In this document: positions 12,408-24,933 of the stretch, in pieces
How the letters are laid out: each line of letters begins with the position of its first letter
How positions within the stretch are numbered: the stretch's first letter is position 1
Assembly: GCF_006345805.1 (NCBI RefSeq)
Contig: NC_043004.1
Location: forward strand, 54,932,001 to 54,996,000
Origin: Octopus sinensis
Lineage: Eukaryota
DNA length: 64,000 bases
Direction of reading: 5' to 3'
Position numbers and translations under genes: made by a program
Notes under the pieces: model-generated
Told to the model about the DNA's origin: nothing
Seen by the model: the letters and a program-made list of their open reading frames with translations, nothing else
The model's database searches: none

Positions 12408-13241
12408 ATATATATATATATATATATTTTATCTATCTATCTATCTATCTATCTATCATTCAATCTATCTATCATTCTATCTATCTATCTATTCATATAT
12501 CCATATCTATATTTACATACATATGTGTATATAGATAGATAGATAGGTAGACAGACAGACAGTAGATAGATAATGTCATCATCATTTAATGTCTGTTTTC
12601 CATGCTAGCATGGGTTGGATGGTTTCACAGGAACTGGCAAGCTAGTGAGCTGTCATTGTCTGCTTTAACATGGTTTCTATGACTAAATGCCCTTCCTAAT
12701 GCCAACTGCCTGACGGAGTGTACTGGGTGCTTTTTACATGACTCCAGCCCCAGCATCTTGCAAGAGAGAGTGACCTCTCAGCTGAGAGAGGAAGTGGAAT
12801 CTAAGGAAGTGGCTGTGTGCCAGATGAGAGTTTCAGTATAATCGAAGGACAGAGGCAGTCAGAGTGAGATGTGTGTGTTCAATCCTTCACTTAAAATTCA
12901 TGTTTTCCATGATTTTTGATGGAAATTTATTTGAGGCAGAATTTTACAGCTGGATAAATATATATAATAATTGAAGAAGGAAATGGAAGATAGGCGCAGG
13001 AGTGGCTGTGTGGTAAGTAGCTTGCTAACCAACCACATGGTTGCAGGCTCAGTCCCACTGCGTGGCACCTTGGGCAAGTGTCTTCTTCTATAGCCCCGGG
13101 CCGACCAATACCTTGTGAGTGGATTTGGTAGATGGAAACTGAAAGAAGCCTGTCGTATATATGTATATATATATATATGTGTGTGTGTGTTTGTCCCCCT
13201 AGCATTGCTTGACAACCGATGCTGGTGTGTTTACGTCCCCG

Positions 13242-13324
<83 letters not shown>

Positions 13325-13716
13325 ATGGATACTGTATTTACATGAATAATACATAGTCTATTGACTAAATTTTTAATATTTCAGATTACCCTTTGATATA
13401 TATTAAAAAATATATATCATCATCATCGTTTAATGTTCACTTTCCATGCTAGCATTGGTTGGATGATTTGACTGAGGACTGGTGAACCAGATGCCTGCAC
13501 GAGGCTCCAATCTCATCTGACATAGTTTCTACAGCTGGATGCCCTTCCCTTCCTAATGCCAACCACTCCGAGAGTGTAGTGGGTGCTTTTACTTGCCACC
13601 GGCACTTTATGGTAAATAAACAAATGACATAACATATAGTGAATGTACAACCGGATGGGAGACAAACACAGAAGGTCCCTAATTCTTCATCAGTTTTCAA
13701 CCAATTGGTAATACTC

Positions 13717-14070
13717 ACATTATTTACATTTGACAGATATTTCTCCTCAACTTGTTCGTTGTTAACACAATGTTTCGGCTGATATACTCTCCAGCCTTCA
13801 TCAGTGGTGAAGAGCGCAGGCTACTAACTCCAAGATTCCGAGTTTGATTCCAAGCAGTGACCTGAATAATAATAATATTAATAGTAATAATAACATTGAA
13901 AAATACCTTAGGAATGAGAACCCAGGTTTGAAATTTGCCCATGACACCTGATGAAGGCTGGAGGATATATCAGCCAAAACGTGTTAACAACAAACAAGAT
14001 GAGGACAAATATCCATCAAATGTAAATAATGTACATAATACCTCATCTCTTAAATATAGAACTGGTAATG
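13717..14070 (+). mobile_element. tRNA-headed SINE-like element carrying a minimal hammerhead, preceded by an inverted copy of its own 3' part
   Basis: Partial A box and B box (GAGTTTGATTCC) at 13802-13852, (AAT)n, then GACAC-CTGATGA-A-GGCTG..CAGCC-AAAAC-GTGTT (13943-13985). 13717-13804 is the reverse complement of 13948-14035 and keeps GAAAC. Confidence 0.7.
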
Positions 14071-15134
14071 CACAGTTTCACACCATTAATGATAAGAATA
14101 TGGGCTTCCCATATTAGTGGTGCTCGCAAAAAATTTTTTTGTGGAGAATTCAGGGCCAAGAGCCCACAAAACAAAGCAAAATAACACAGAGTGTGATTTA
14201 GGACGCTGGACAAGGATGAACAGAGAAGTAAAATACGGCCTTAGGGCCAAGAAAACAGGAATGGTGTGTTACGCTTAGAAGATATCCTAAAGAATAGAGA
14301 ATGGAGAGACAGGGAATTCGTGACTGCTCAGCTACAGGATCAGTATGAGGGAAGGAGAAAGCTGGCTGTGGGTCATGTGACAGCAGTAGGCATATGTATA
14401 TATATCATCATCATCATTTAACATCTGTTATCCATGCTGGCATGGGTTGGACTGTTTGACCAGGGCTGGCATATTGGTAGGTTGCACCAGATTCCAGTTC
14501 AATTTGGCATGGTTTCTATAGCTAGATGCCCTCCTTTCTAATGCCTACCAATCCGAGATGCTCAATATAGAAAACACATAGTAGTGCTCAATACTCAAAC
14601 AACTGGAACTTACACACCAGAATCCTGAATGAGGCTGACTTTACACTAATATTTATATGCATCCACTACTAATTGCTTGTCCTTGACTTTGCACACTCAG
14701 ACAGCCAATATTACAAGTGTTACGTAATTCCAAACCACCAGAAACAGCCACTGCAGCTGAAATACTATGCCCTCTTCTTTTAGTCTTCTGTAACTTTTAT
14801 ACTTCATCTAAATCTCTTCCATAAAGATATAATATGAAGGCACTAGGCTTAGTAGTTAAGATGTTGCATTTGCGATTGTGAGATCATGGGTTCAATTCCC
14901 AGACCAGGCGTTGCAATGTGTTCTTGAGCAAAGCACTTCATTTTACAGTTTTTTTTTGACATCTGACATGTGACACCCATTGCACCTGTACATGTAATGT
15001 CTATCTGATGGAGGGTGTGAGTTTATGTCTACACAAACATTTGATCACTATAAACAAATCATCTGTGGTTGTTTGGGAAGAAATTGTCGAACCCTCATAT
15101 GTCATCTAACAACGAGAGAGTCCATCAACATATA

Positions 15135-15165
<31 letters not shown>

Positions 15166-15171
15166 TTATAT

Positions 15172-15402
15172 AGGCGGTGAGCTGGCAGAAACGTTAGCAT
15201 GCCAGGCGAAATGCGTAGCCGTATTTCGTCTGCTGTTACGTTCTGAGTTCAAATTCCGCCAAGGTCGACTTTGCCTTTCATCCTTTCGGGGTCGATAAAT
15301 AAAGTACCAGTTACACACTGGGGTCGATGTAATTGACTTAATCTCTTTGTCTCTCCTTGTTTGTCCCCTCTATGTTTAGCCCCTTGTGGGCAGTAAAGAA
15401 AT
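15172..15402 (+). mobile_element. SINE family B (tRNA head, GTCGACTTTGCCTTTCATCCTTTCGGGGTCGATAAA core); representative copy
   Basis: B box GAGTTCAAATTCC. The core resembles the MetaSINE/Sauria-type central domain (from recall). Other copies: 10325-10557 (-), 16045-16200 (+), 16968-17145 (+), 17163-17395 (-), 20185-20365 (+), 26350-26510 (-), 44335-44530 (+). Confidence 0.85.
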
Positions 15403-17434
15403 ATATATATATATATGTATGTATGTATGTGTGTGTGTGTATATATATATATTGTCCATCACATGCCAACATGGAAAACATGTTAAATGATGGTGATAAT
15501 AATATGTGTGTTCGTGTTTTATGTATATAAATACATATATGTATTTATGTGTGTATGTGTGTGTGTATATATAGTTACACATACATACATAGATATATAA
15601 ACACATGAAGAGAGAGAGAGTGTGAGAGACAAGCATTCACACACGTTTTGTTCAGTGATGGAATTTTATATTTTAGTATTTTTACCTTGTTTTTGTTGTT
15701 GTTGTTGTTGTTTTTGTTACATTGTTGACATTTTTAAAATTGTAAATCACTTTATCACGGGTGTTTACTTTAAGAAACAAGTTGTTGCTCAGTTTATTAG
15801 AAATATCAGCCAAACTTCCATAGCTTACACCCTACCTTTTTGAAAAATATGGAAGTGCGTTGTAATAGAGCATGAAACAAATAAGATGAAATGGTCTTGA
15901 CTGGAATGTCTTTCATCATAGACCTGGTCAAACAAGGATAACTTGGGAGTCAAACATCAGCATAATTAAATGGTTAGCAGAGTTAACCTTTTAGCATTCA
16001 GATCACTTTGTCAAATGTAATGCTTATTTATTCATATTGCAAAGACGGTGAGCTGGCAGAATCATTAGCATGCTGGGCAATTGTTTAGTGGCATTTCATC
16101 ATTCTGAGTTCAATTCTACTGAGGTTGACTTTACCTTTTGTCCTTTTAGGGTCAATAAAATAAGTATCTGTTGAGCTTCCTGGCCTTGTGCTAAAAATTT
16201 GAAACTTGTTCGTTCACATTGCTTTCAATTAATCATAAATTATCTTGTAGCTTCAAGATTTTGATGATGTGATTGTTTATCTTTTAGAATGACATTGCAG
16301 GATAAATTTGAGTGGTCAGATCTGGGCGATTTGAACATAAAATAAGTAGAATATTTTGGCCAGATATGGTCAGTTTAATTACTAAAAGGTTTATAAATTC
16401 ATGACAGTTATAGGAACTAGGTGAAGGCACATGGCTCAGTGGTTAGAGCATCAGGTTCACAATCATGAGGTAGTGAGTTTGATTCCTGGACTGGGCTGTA
16501 TGTTGTGTTCTTGAGCAAGACACTTTATTCACATTGCTCCAGCTCATTTAGCTGTAGGAATAAGTTGCAAAGTCACTGGTACCAAGCTGTATCAGTTTTT
16601 GCTTTTTCTCTTGAATACCATCGGTGGTATGGAGAGGAGAGGCTGGTATGCATGAGCGGCTGCTGGTTTTCCATAATCAACCTTGCCCGGACTTGTGCCT
16701 CAGAGGGGAACTCTCTCTAGGTGCCAGGAACTAACCAGAACAGTGTTATTAGCAGTTCCTCACAACACTTTTGCCTGCTTAGTTTGATCTGCATATTTTT
16801 ATGTGTGTGTGTGTGTGCATGTGTATATGCATACATACATGTGTGTGTGTGTGTATTTTATTGACTCCAAAAGGATGAAAGTCAACATCAGCAGAATTTG
16901 AACAGAGAATGTAAAGATAGAAGAAAGGATGCTGCCAAGCATTTTGCCCGAAATGCTGATTCTGGTATTTCGTCTGCTGTTATGTTCTGAGTTCAAATTC
17001 CGCCAAGGTTGAATTTGCCTTTCATTCTTTCGGGCTTGATTAACTAAGTACCAGTTATGCACTGGGGTCGATGTAGTTGACTTAATCCCTTTGTCTGTCC
17101 TTGTTTGTCTCCTCAATGTTTAGCCACCTGTGAGCAATAAAGAAAGAAATAATAACAATATCTGTTTCTTTATTAACCACAAGGGGCTAAACGCAGAGGG
17201 GACAGACAAGGACATACAAATGGATTAAGTCGATTACAACGACCCCAGTGCGTAACTGCTACTTAATTTATCGACCCCGAAAGGATGAAAGGCAAAGTCG
17301 ACCTCCGCGGAATTTGAACTCAGAACGTAACGGCAGATGAAATACGGCTACGCATTTCGCCCAGCGTGCTAACGTTTCTGCCAGCTCGCCACCTTATCGG
17401 TATGGTGGTGGTAGTGGCAATGGTATCATTATCA

Positions 17435-18620
17435 TCATGAAGGAAAGAAGAAACAACAGAATAAGCAAATGGAAAGAAAATGGAATTACACGGCCAATTT
17501 ATGCAACAATCTGAGAATGAAGAAAGTAAAGTGTATTGGTTCTGGCTGATAGACAGAAACTTAAAATGAGTGACAGAAGCATTAATTATAGCTGTTCAGG
17601 ATCATGCTATTTGGATAAATCTGTTAAAAGCAAAGATCAACAAAGCTAGGTTTGATAGCAAATGTCTGCAGGAATGGAGACAGAAGTATTAATCATTTCT
17701 TGAATGAATGCAGAAGGCGAGTACGGGAAAAGTAGAGCTGATATGACTGTGTAGATAAAAAGGGTATATTGGGATGTTAGCTGGATGTGTGGCTTAAGGT
17801 TATGACAAAGAAAGAGTTTTTCTAGGAGAGCATGACTTCAGTTCATTCCTATGAAGTTCATTGCTGATTGTTCATAGTGTAACACTAGTCCCTAAAGCTA
17901 ACAGATCTTCTTGCAACTCCTTTCTGGTGATCATTGCATTTTTTTCGATTCTTTGCTTCATTTTTCTTAAAGATCTAGGAGAAATTTTGCGTGGTGCACC
18001 GGATCTTATTCTGTTTTCAATAGTTCCTGATGTTTTATATCTTTGGATAAATGAAGATATGGTAGAAAATGGAATGCAAAGGGTCTCTGATATTTTCCTG
18101 TAACTTTTACCTGCTTTCCACTGTTCAGTAATTAAGTTTTTCACTGAATTTGTGAGACTTAGGACCTTAGGAGACTTGCCCATGAAGACTGACCATACTA
18201 TTGATGCAAGAAGACTAGATATGATTATAAACAAACAGTGTAAGATCATAGACTTTGCAGTTCCCTATGATAACAGAAATGATGCCAAAGAAACTGAAAA
18301 AAGAAAAACTGAGAAATGTCTGGATATAGCTAGAGAGCTGAAGAGACTGTGGAAGACTAAGATAACAACTATTCCTGTGGTGATTGGTGCATTTGCACAG
18401 CACCCAAGATGCTGCCTAAGAGACTGAAAGATATTAGAATTGAGACTTGAACTGTCGACCTGCAGCAAAATAGCGTTCTGTTTTGTGTAAGAAATCCTAA
18501 AAAAGATTCTTGAGATTCGAGGTGACTTATTGTCATCAAACCTTAAGATAATAGTCCTGCTAATTAAATAAGCAAGTACTAGCTTGATGATAGTAGTAGT
18601 AGTAGTAGTAGTAGTAGTAT
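17435..18620 (+). mobile_element. R4/Dong-like non-LTR retrotransposon 3' relic, interrupted by a Tc1 fragment
   Basis: Remnants W..RNLK*VTEALIIAVQDHAI..KAKI..DSKC (CCHC region) and restriction-like endonuclease TDHTIDARRLDMIINKQCKIIDFAVPYD..EK..DIARELKRLWKTKITTIPVVIGA. Ends in a (TAG)n tail. Confidence 0.8.
17813..18156 (-). mobile_element. Internal Tc1 transposase fragment without TIRs
   Basis: Near-identical to 21302-21646 of the full Tc1 copy; encodes the paired-HTH N-terminal part. Confidence 0.9.
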
Positions 18621-18931
18621 TTGTTGTTGTTACATAGCCAAGTTGGATGTCAGTTTTTAATCTTTCAAATCTTAAAGCCTTATTATGTCCTAATTCACTG
18701 TCAGAAAGCAAGTCTACACTCACAACACAGACCTGTGGATGAATTTTCACTCAAATGCACACACACACATATATGTGCGTGCTTGCATTCACTCATCTTC
18801 ATGTGCAGAACCTTGAATGCTGACACACTTCTGCCTCTCTCTATCTATCTATCTATCTACCTATATATATATATATGTGTGTGTGTCTCTCTCTCTCTCT
18901 CTCTCGCTATATATATACACACACATATATA

Positions 18932-18969
<38 letters not shown>

Positions 18970-19123
18970 ATCACATGATCGACCAGGCTATCCGATGTTG
19001 CTACACATCGCTGGTCACAATGCGTCTTGGCATTGTTTTAGCCTTCAAATGACGCCACCCTGCTGGCTAAGCGAGCAGGCCAATATATATATGTATGTGT
19101 ATGTATATATATATATATGTCTT

Positions 19124-19225
<102 letters not shown>

Positions 19226-20386
19226 AGCACTACCATTTGATGTATAATTCTGCTGAAAATTGAGAAGCTTCTCAAATAGAGGACAGGAACTAAGAGTCAA
19301 CACATATAAAAAAGAAATTACGAAATCTCCCAGGACTTTTTTTCTGTTGTATAATTTTTTAACTCTGTATTGATTATTTTATCTCATAACAAACAGTATT
19401 TGCATGATCCTTTCTGCTTTACTGCAAAGTATGTAAACACACTTTTATTAACCATCAATATATTCTGAAGATAAAACTGAAAGCATTGTTCCAAACTAAA
19501 TATAAAGGAAGAATAATGAAATAAATTTTTTTTAGGAGTGGCTGTGTGGTAAGTAGCTTGCTTACCAACCACATGGTTCTGGGTTCAGTCCCACTGCGTG
19601 GCACCTTGGGCAAGTGTCTTCTACTATAGCCTCGGGCCGACCAAAGCCTTGTGAATGGAATTATGAGACTTCAATCTACACACAGCCATTATCAATTACT
19701 ACAAAGGATTTTACCACGGATTTATATTATTTTTCAAAACGTTTAGCCCAAGTTTGTACCAATGCACATCTATATCAGTAACTTTTTTAAACAACATCTT
19801 TATCATACATTTTTAAATGACATCTCTCTCATTCCATTGACCACATGGAAATTCATCCTTTTCTCTGATGTATGGATGTATTACCTATAATAATGATTAT
19901 CAATTTTGGATTTCATTTTGAAGGGTAATACATTCATGAAACGATCGTAAGATATCTCAAACCTTTTAAATAATCATACTTTATATATTCATCTATTAAT
20001 ACAATATTATTTATATTATGGACGTATATCTTACGTGATTTTTTTGATGTAATTTTTCCTGTCTTACTTTATAATATATAATCAGTCTTATCAAATCTGT
20101 AAATACCTTTAAGGTTTGAGACATTTCCTTACCAAGAGCACTTATTCGAAATTCAGTATACTGCATTCTCATTGAATACATTTGATTAACTGGTCTGCCG
20201 TTATGTTCTGAATTCAAATTCCGCCGAGCTCGACTTTGCCTTTCATCCTTTCAGGGTTGATAAATAAAGTACCAGTTACACACTGGGGTCGATCTACTCG
20301 ACTTAATCCCTTTGTCTGTCCTTGTTTGTCTCCTCTATGTTTAGCCCCTTGTGGGCAATAAAAGATATATATATATATATTTGATT

Positions 20387-20417
<31 letters not shown>

Positions 20418-21999
20418 CAGTGGGGGAAATAAATATTCGTACATGTCAAAATTCTTTATTTAATTTCTAATGAACATAAATGGGAGATACCAATACTATA
20501 TTTACATACACATACATAAATTAAGAATATGCAAAAGAAACTAAGAAATTGTAGTAACTAAGGAATTTATATTCAATTATAAATATTTAGGGATGAAAAA
20601 AAGTATTCGTACAGAACATAAATAACTGATAATTCTGATTTAATACTTCGTAGCATAACCATTATTCAGTTCCACTTCTACCAATCTCTTCTCGTAGTTC
20701 TTAATCAATGACTTGCATGTTTCTTTAGGAATTTTTTCCCATTCTTCTTGACAAATTTTCTTCAAATCTGCAATGCACATTGGGGCTCTTGAATGAATTT
20801 TAATTTTCAAATAACGCCACGAATTTTCAATGGGGTTCAAGTCAGGTGACTGGCTTGGCTATTCTAATAATTTTATATTGTGACCGACAATCCATTTTTT
20901 GATAGACTTCATTGTGTGATTAGGGTCGTTATCCTGTTGTAAAACCCACCCTTCACAAAGCTGGAGCTTTTATATAGAGTCCCATAAACTATTGTTCAGA
21001 ATATTTTGGTACATCTCTGCATTCATTCTACCATCTATCACATGTAAATTGCCAGTACCATTTGCAGAGAAACACCCCCACACCATGATGTTGCCACCTC
21101 CAAACGTTATGGTAGGAATTGTGTTTTTCGGCAAATAGGTGGTACCATATTTTCCTCCAAACATGGCTATGCAAATTTTGTCCAAACAATTCAATTTCCG
21201 ACTCATCTGTCCATAGAACATTTCCCCAGAATGTATCAGATTTATCTTTATGTTCATAAACAAATTTTAAATGGACATCTCTGTGCCTTTTAATCAACAG
21301 CAGAGTTTTTCTAGGAGAGCATGACTTCAGTTCACTCCTATGAAGTTCATTGCTGATTGTTCGTAGTGTAACACTAGTCCCTAAAGCTAACAGATCTTCT
21401 TGCAACTCCTTTCTGGTGATCATTGCATTTTTTTTCGATTCTCTGCTTCATTTTTCTTAAAGATCTAGGAGAAATTTTGCGTGGTGCACCAGATCTTATT
21501 CTGTTTTCAATAGTTCCTGATTTTTTATATCTTTGGATAAATGAAGATATGGTAGAAAATGGAATACAAAGGGTCTCTGATATTTTCCTGTAACTTTTAC
21601 CTGCTTTCCACTGTTCAGTAATTAAGTTTTTCACTGAATTTGTGAGTTCTTTACTTTTCGTCATTATTATGATACTACTTTATGTTGTCTCAGTGCTGAA
21701 TGAAGAAGCTAGCGTTTTGACACTTAAAAATGACAACTGACAAGATTATTGGAACAAACGAGAAAGTTCTCGTAAAAAAAAATATTTTAACAGTATTTTG
21801 TAGCATAGAAAATCATAAATTTATTCTGTATGAATACTTTTTTCACCCCTAAATATATATAATTGTATATAAATTCATTAGTTACTATAATTTATTAGTT
21901 TCTTTTGCAAATATAGTATAGGTATATCCCATTTATGTTCATTAGAAATTAAATAAATAAAGAATTTTGACATGTACGAATATTTATTTTCCACCACTG
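20418..21999 (-). mobile_element. Full-length but inactivated Tc1-family (DD34E) transposon with IR/DR-type ends
   Basis: TA|CAGTGG..ATAAATATTCGTACATGTCAAAATTC TIRs at both ends, with inner direct repeats (AAAAGTATTCGTACAG ~20597-20612, mirrored ~21825-21843). Transposase [40 protein letters not shown], with 34 residues between D and E. Frameshifts and a TGG>TAG stop. Confidence 0.95.
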
Positions 22000-22009
22000 T
22001 ATATATACA

Positions 22010-22045
<36 letters not shown>

Positions 22046-22377
22046 TGTATATATAGATGTATATATATATATATAAATATATATGCACACATGCACATTT
22101 ACTAACCAGTTAGACAGCACAGATACTCTGTGTAGATACACAGCATCCACACTATAACACATGTAGTCACCTACTCATTCCCTTCATCTACGAACTCCTT
22201 TCTCTGAATGTCTTTAACATATACAATACCCTTCATTTCTCTAGTAATCTCTCAATATCACCTTTTTCTATCTCACATTCACTTCATCCTTCCTTCATTT
22301 TGTCTCTTTCTCTCTTTCTTTCCAGATGTTGTTTTCTTGAGTGGACAATCTGTGCCGCTGTCATCCCTGGCAACAAG

Positions 22378-22541
22378 ATGTCCGAAACTGGAGTTCTGGA
22401 TAATTCTTACATGTCACTGACTGTGGTGAGCTTTCTTGCGTTTATGTTTGTTTATGAATATGTCAGTCCATGGATATCCAGCTGGCTATGCCCGAAATAC
22501 AAGACCCTTACGGAAAAACAACAGATTAACTGGAACACAAG
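22378..22541 (+). CDS. TLCD4: TLC-domain membrane protein (TLCD4/TMEM56-like), first coding exon
   Basis: Reads MSETGVLDNSYMSLTVVSFLAFMFVYEYVSPWISSWLCPKYKTLTEKQQINWNTR, like the vertebrate TMEM56 N-terminus (..SFFTFQLLFYFVSYWFS..KKKIEWNSR). Polypyrimidine tract and AG acceptor at 22324-22325; phase-2 donor AG|GTAAG at 22542. Confidence 0.9.
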
Positions 22542-23286
22542 GTAAGAAGATTTGATTTGATTTCTACCTGTCTTATAGATTCACTTACATATCACTGTCC
22601 ACCTTTTGATCTGTTTGACTGTCTGAATGATGATTAATCTTGTCATCATCATCGCCATTGTCAATGATGGTGATGGTGATGCTTAAGCTCTGATCAGTTC
22701 TGACCAAGCTACATTTGGTCAAAAACAGTTATGACCAATCTGCAACCCATGGGATTTTCTGAATGGCATACTTAATGAAAAATTACCTTGTATTTTTAAG
22801 TAATATGGCCTGCCAGATAATGAGCCATGCATCCTGCTTCTTGTAAAAGGTTACTCATACCTGGTCAAAAGCACCAGTCATGACCACCCTTCTTATTTTT
22901 AGACAGTGTGTCCATAACTTCTTAATGAAACCTATCCTTTCTTTTCTAAGATTGTATGGTGCAGTTTGAGGGATCTTGACTACTATTTCTTGCAGGTTGG
23001 GTGATAATTAAAAGGTTCCCTTCTTGGCTTAAGGAAACATTTCTTATCAGTACTGGTGTTCCTGTAAGGAGTATTGCAGAGTATGAGGTGTGCTATAGAG
23101 CAAGGGATAAGAAATGCTGTACAACAAAGATAAGGAATATTATAGAACAGAGGGAAGGACTCCTGTAGCAAAAGGGGTAAGGAGTAGTTTTAAGTGGTTG
23201 TATTGAGTACCATACAGCAAATGTAAGGTGTAATGTTGAGCAGAAGGAAGAAGTATTCTGGGGTGGTAGTAAAGAGTACAGAAATA

Positions 23287-23417
23287 TTAGGTTGTCCCAA
23301 AAGTTCATAAACACTTGCGAAAATTGAATTTTTACAATATAAACCCAAACAAACAATTAAAAATTGCATAAAAATTCAAATTTTCGCAAGTGTTTACAAA
23401 CTTTTGGGACAACCTTA
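23287..23417. mobile_element. 131-bp mariner-derived MITE (MADE1-like architecture)
   Basis: TA TSD. ~45-bp TIRs TTAGGTTGTCCCAAAAGTTCATAAACACTTGCGAAAATTGAATTTT and their reverse complement. Confidence 0.85.
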
Positions 23418-24617
23418 TAGTAAGGTAAGGTGTTTTGTAAGGCAGCAAAAGTAAGTAGTACTGTGAAGTAAAGAAAAGGAGTATTTTTGGGTAGTAATAA
23501 GGAGTACTGTACAGAAATAGTAAGGTAAGGGGTATTGTAGAGCAGAGGTAAGGAATTACATAGACCAAGAAGAAAATTGCTATCTTGACCTAGTTTCAAT
23601 AATTTTAGTTCAAAGACCATTTTGCATATGTCACCAATATCCTTGGGAAAAGACATAAAACACAACATGGCATTTCCTCTTCACCACAATCAGATTAAAT
23701 AGTGTGTGTGTTTGTGTCAATCTGGTGCAAATTATGTTCCTGCAAATTGATGGCCTTTAGTACAATGTGCAGCCAGGAGCTTCATAAACTAGAATTAAAT
23801 AGGATGAGTGGAATTTTTCTGGATTAAATCTACCCGTGACAATAAAGTTATGGCCATAGCAGAATATGTTGAAACTTCATAGAAAAATAGATTTTTTTCA
23901 CATTTAACCACACGAGTAAACCACAGTTGCATCAATTAATGATCATGTATTTTGAAGAGTGAATACAGCCAGTTGCGGTTGTGCTTCTTATTGTGTGTTT
24001 GTATGTGTCTGTGTGTGTATATGTATATATATGTATATAAAACTATAAAAGAGAGTTTGTATGTGTGCATGTGTATGTTCCTTATGCATTCCAAAACCGA
24101 GTTGCTGATTGTCAAGTAAGGGGTATCAAAAGATTCTGTGAGCTTTTGGCTACCGACTAAACTATATTTTCATTCACATATTTGTCATTACAAAAATTTA
24201 ACATTATCATTTTTCTTTTACTCACCTATCCACATTTTATATCACCACCACAATGACGATGATGTCACATTTTCTATATGTGTGTGTTCGCACTTTCGTT
24301 ACCTACATTAGGCCGATGACTGACAAGTATATGTGTGTAACAGTGTATGTGTCTGTCAGTATACATACATTTTTGTGATAACTGACACACACACACACAC
24401 AAACACACGCATCTAAAGACACGCACAGGAACATTGATAGGCTTCACATGTGTGGCTTAGTTTATGTATGTAACTTCGCCTCCCCCAACAATGAAACGCG
24501 CAGATATTGAAAGTTTACTTGCGGCTTGGATTTCAAACAAACAACAACGTTCACTTTCAAGTACTACCAACATGAAGATTTGCCTGATTTAACACCACTC
24601 ACAATACTCACAAATAT

Positions 24618-24933
24618 CATCATCATCATCATTTAACGTCTGTTCTCCATGCTAGCATGGGTTGGACGGTTCGACCGGGGATCTGGGAAGCCAGAAGGCT
24701 GCACCAGGCTCCGGTCTTATCTGGCAATGTTTCTACAGCTGGATGCCCTTCCTAACGCCAACTACTCCGTGAGTGTAGTGGGTGCTTTTTACGTGCCACC
24801 TGCACAGGTGCCAAGCGAGGCTGGCAACGGCCACAGTCGGATTGGTGCATTTTACATGCCACCTGCACGGAAGCCAGTCGAGGCGGCACTGGCTTCGGCT
24901 ACGATTCGGATGGTGCTTTTTACATGCCACCGA
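24618..24933 (-). mobile_element. 5'-truncated RTE 3'-UTR copy with target-site duplication
   Basis: Homologous to the LINE 3' UTR at 1181-1560, with a (GAT)n tail. 9-bp TSD CACAAATAT at 24609-24617 and 24934-24942. Other copies ~8705-8880, 12580-12750, 13420-13605, 14405-14555, 35450-35785, 45595-46200, 46840-47150, 50541-51065, 55790-56047, 58135-58440, 62715-63040. Confidence 0.88.
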
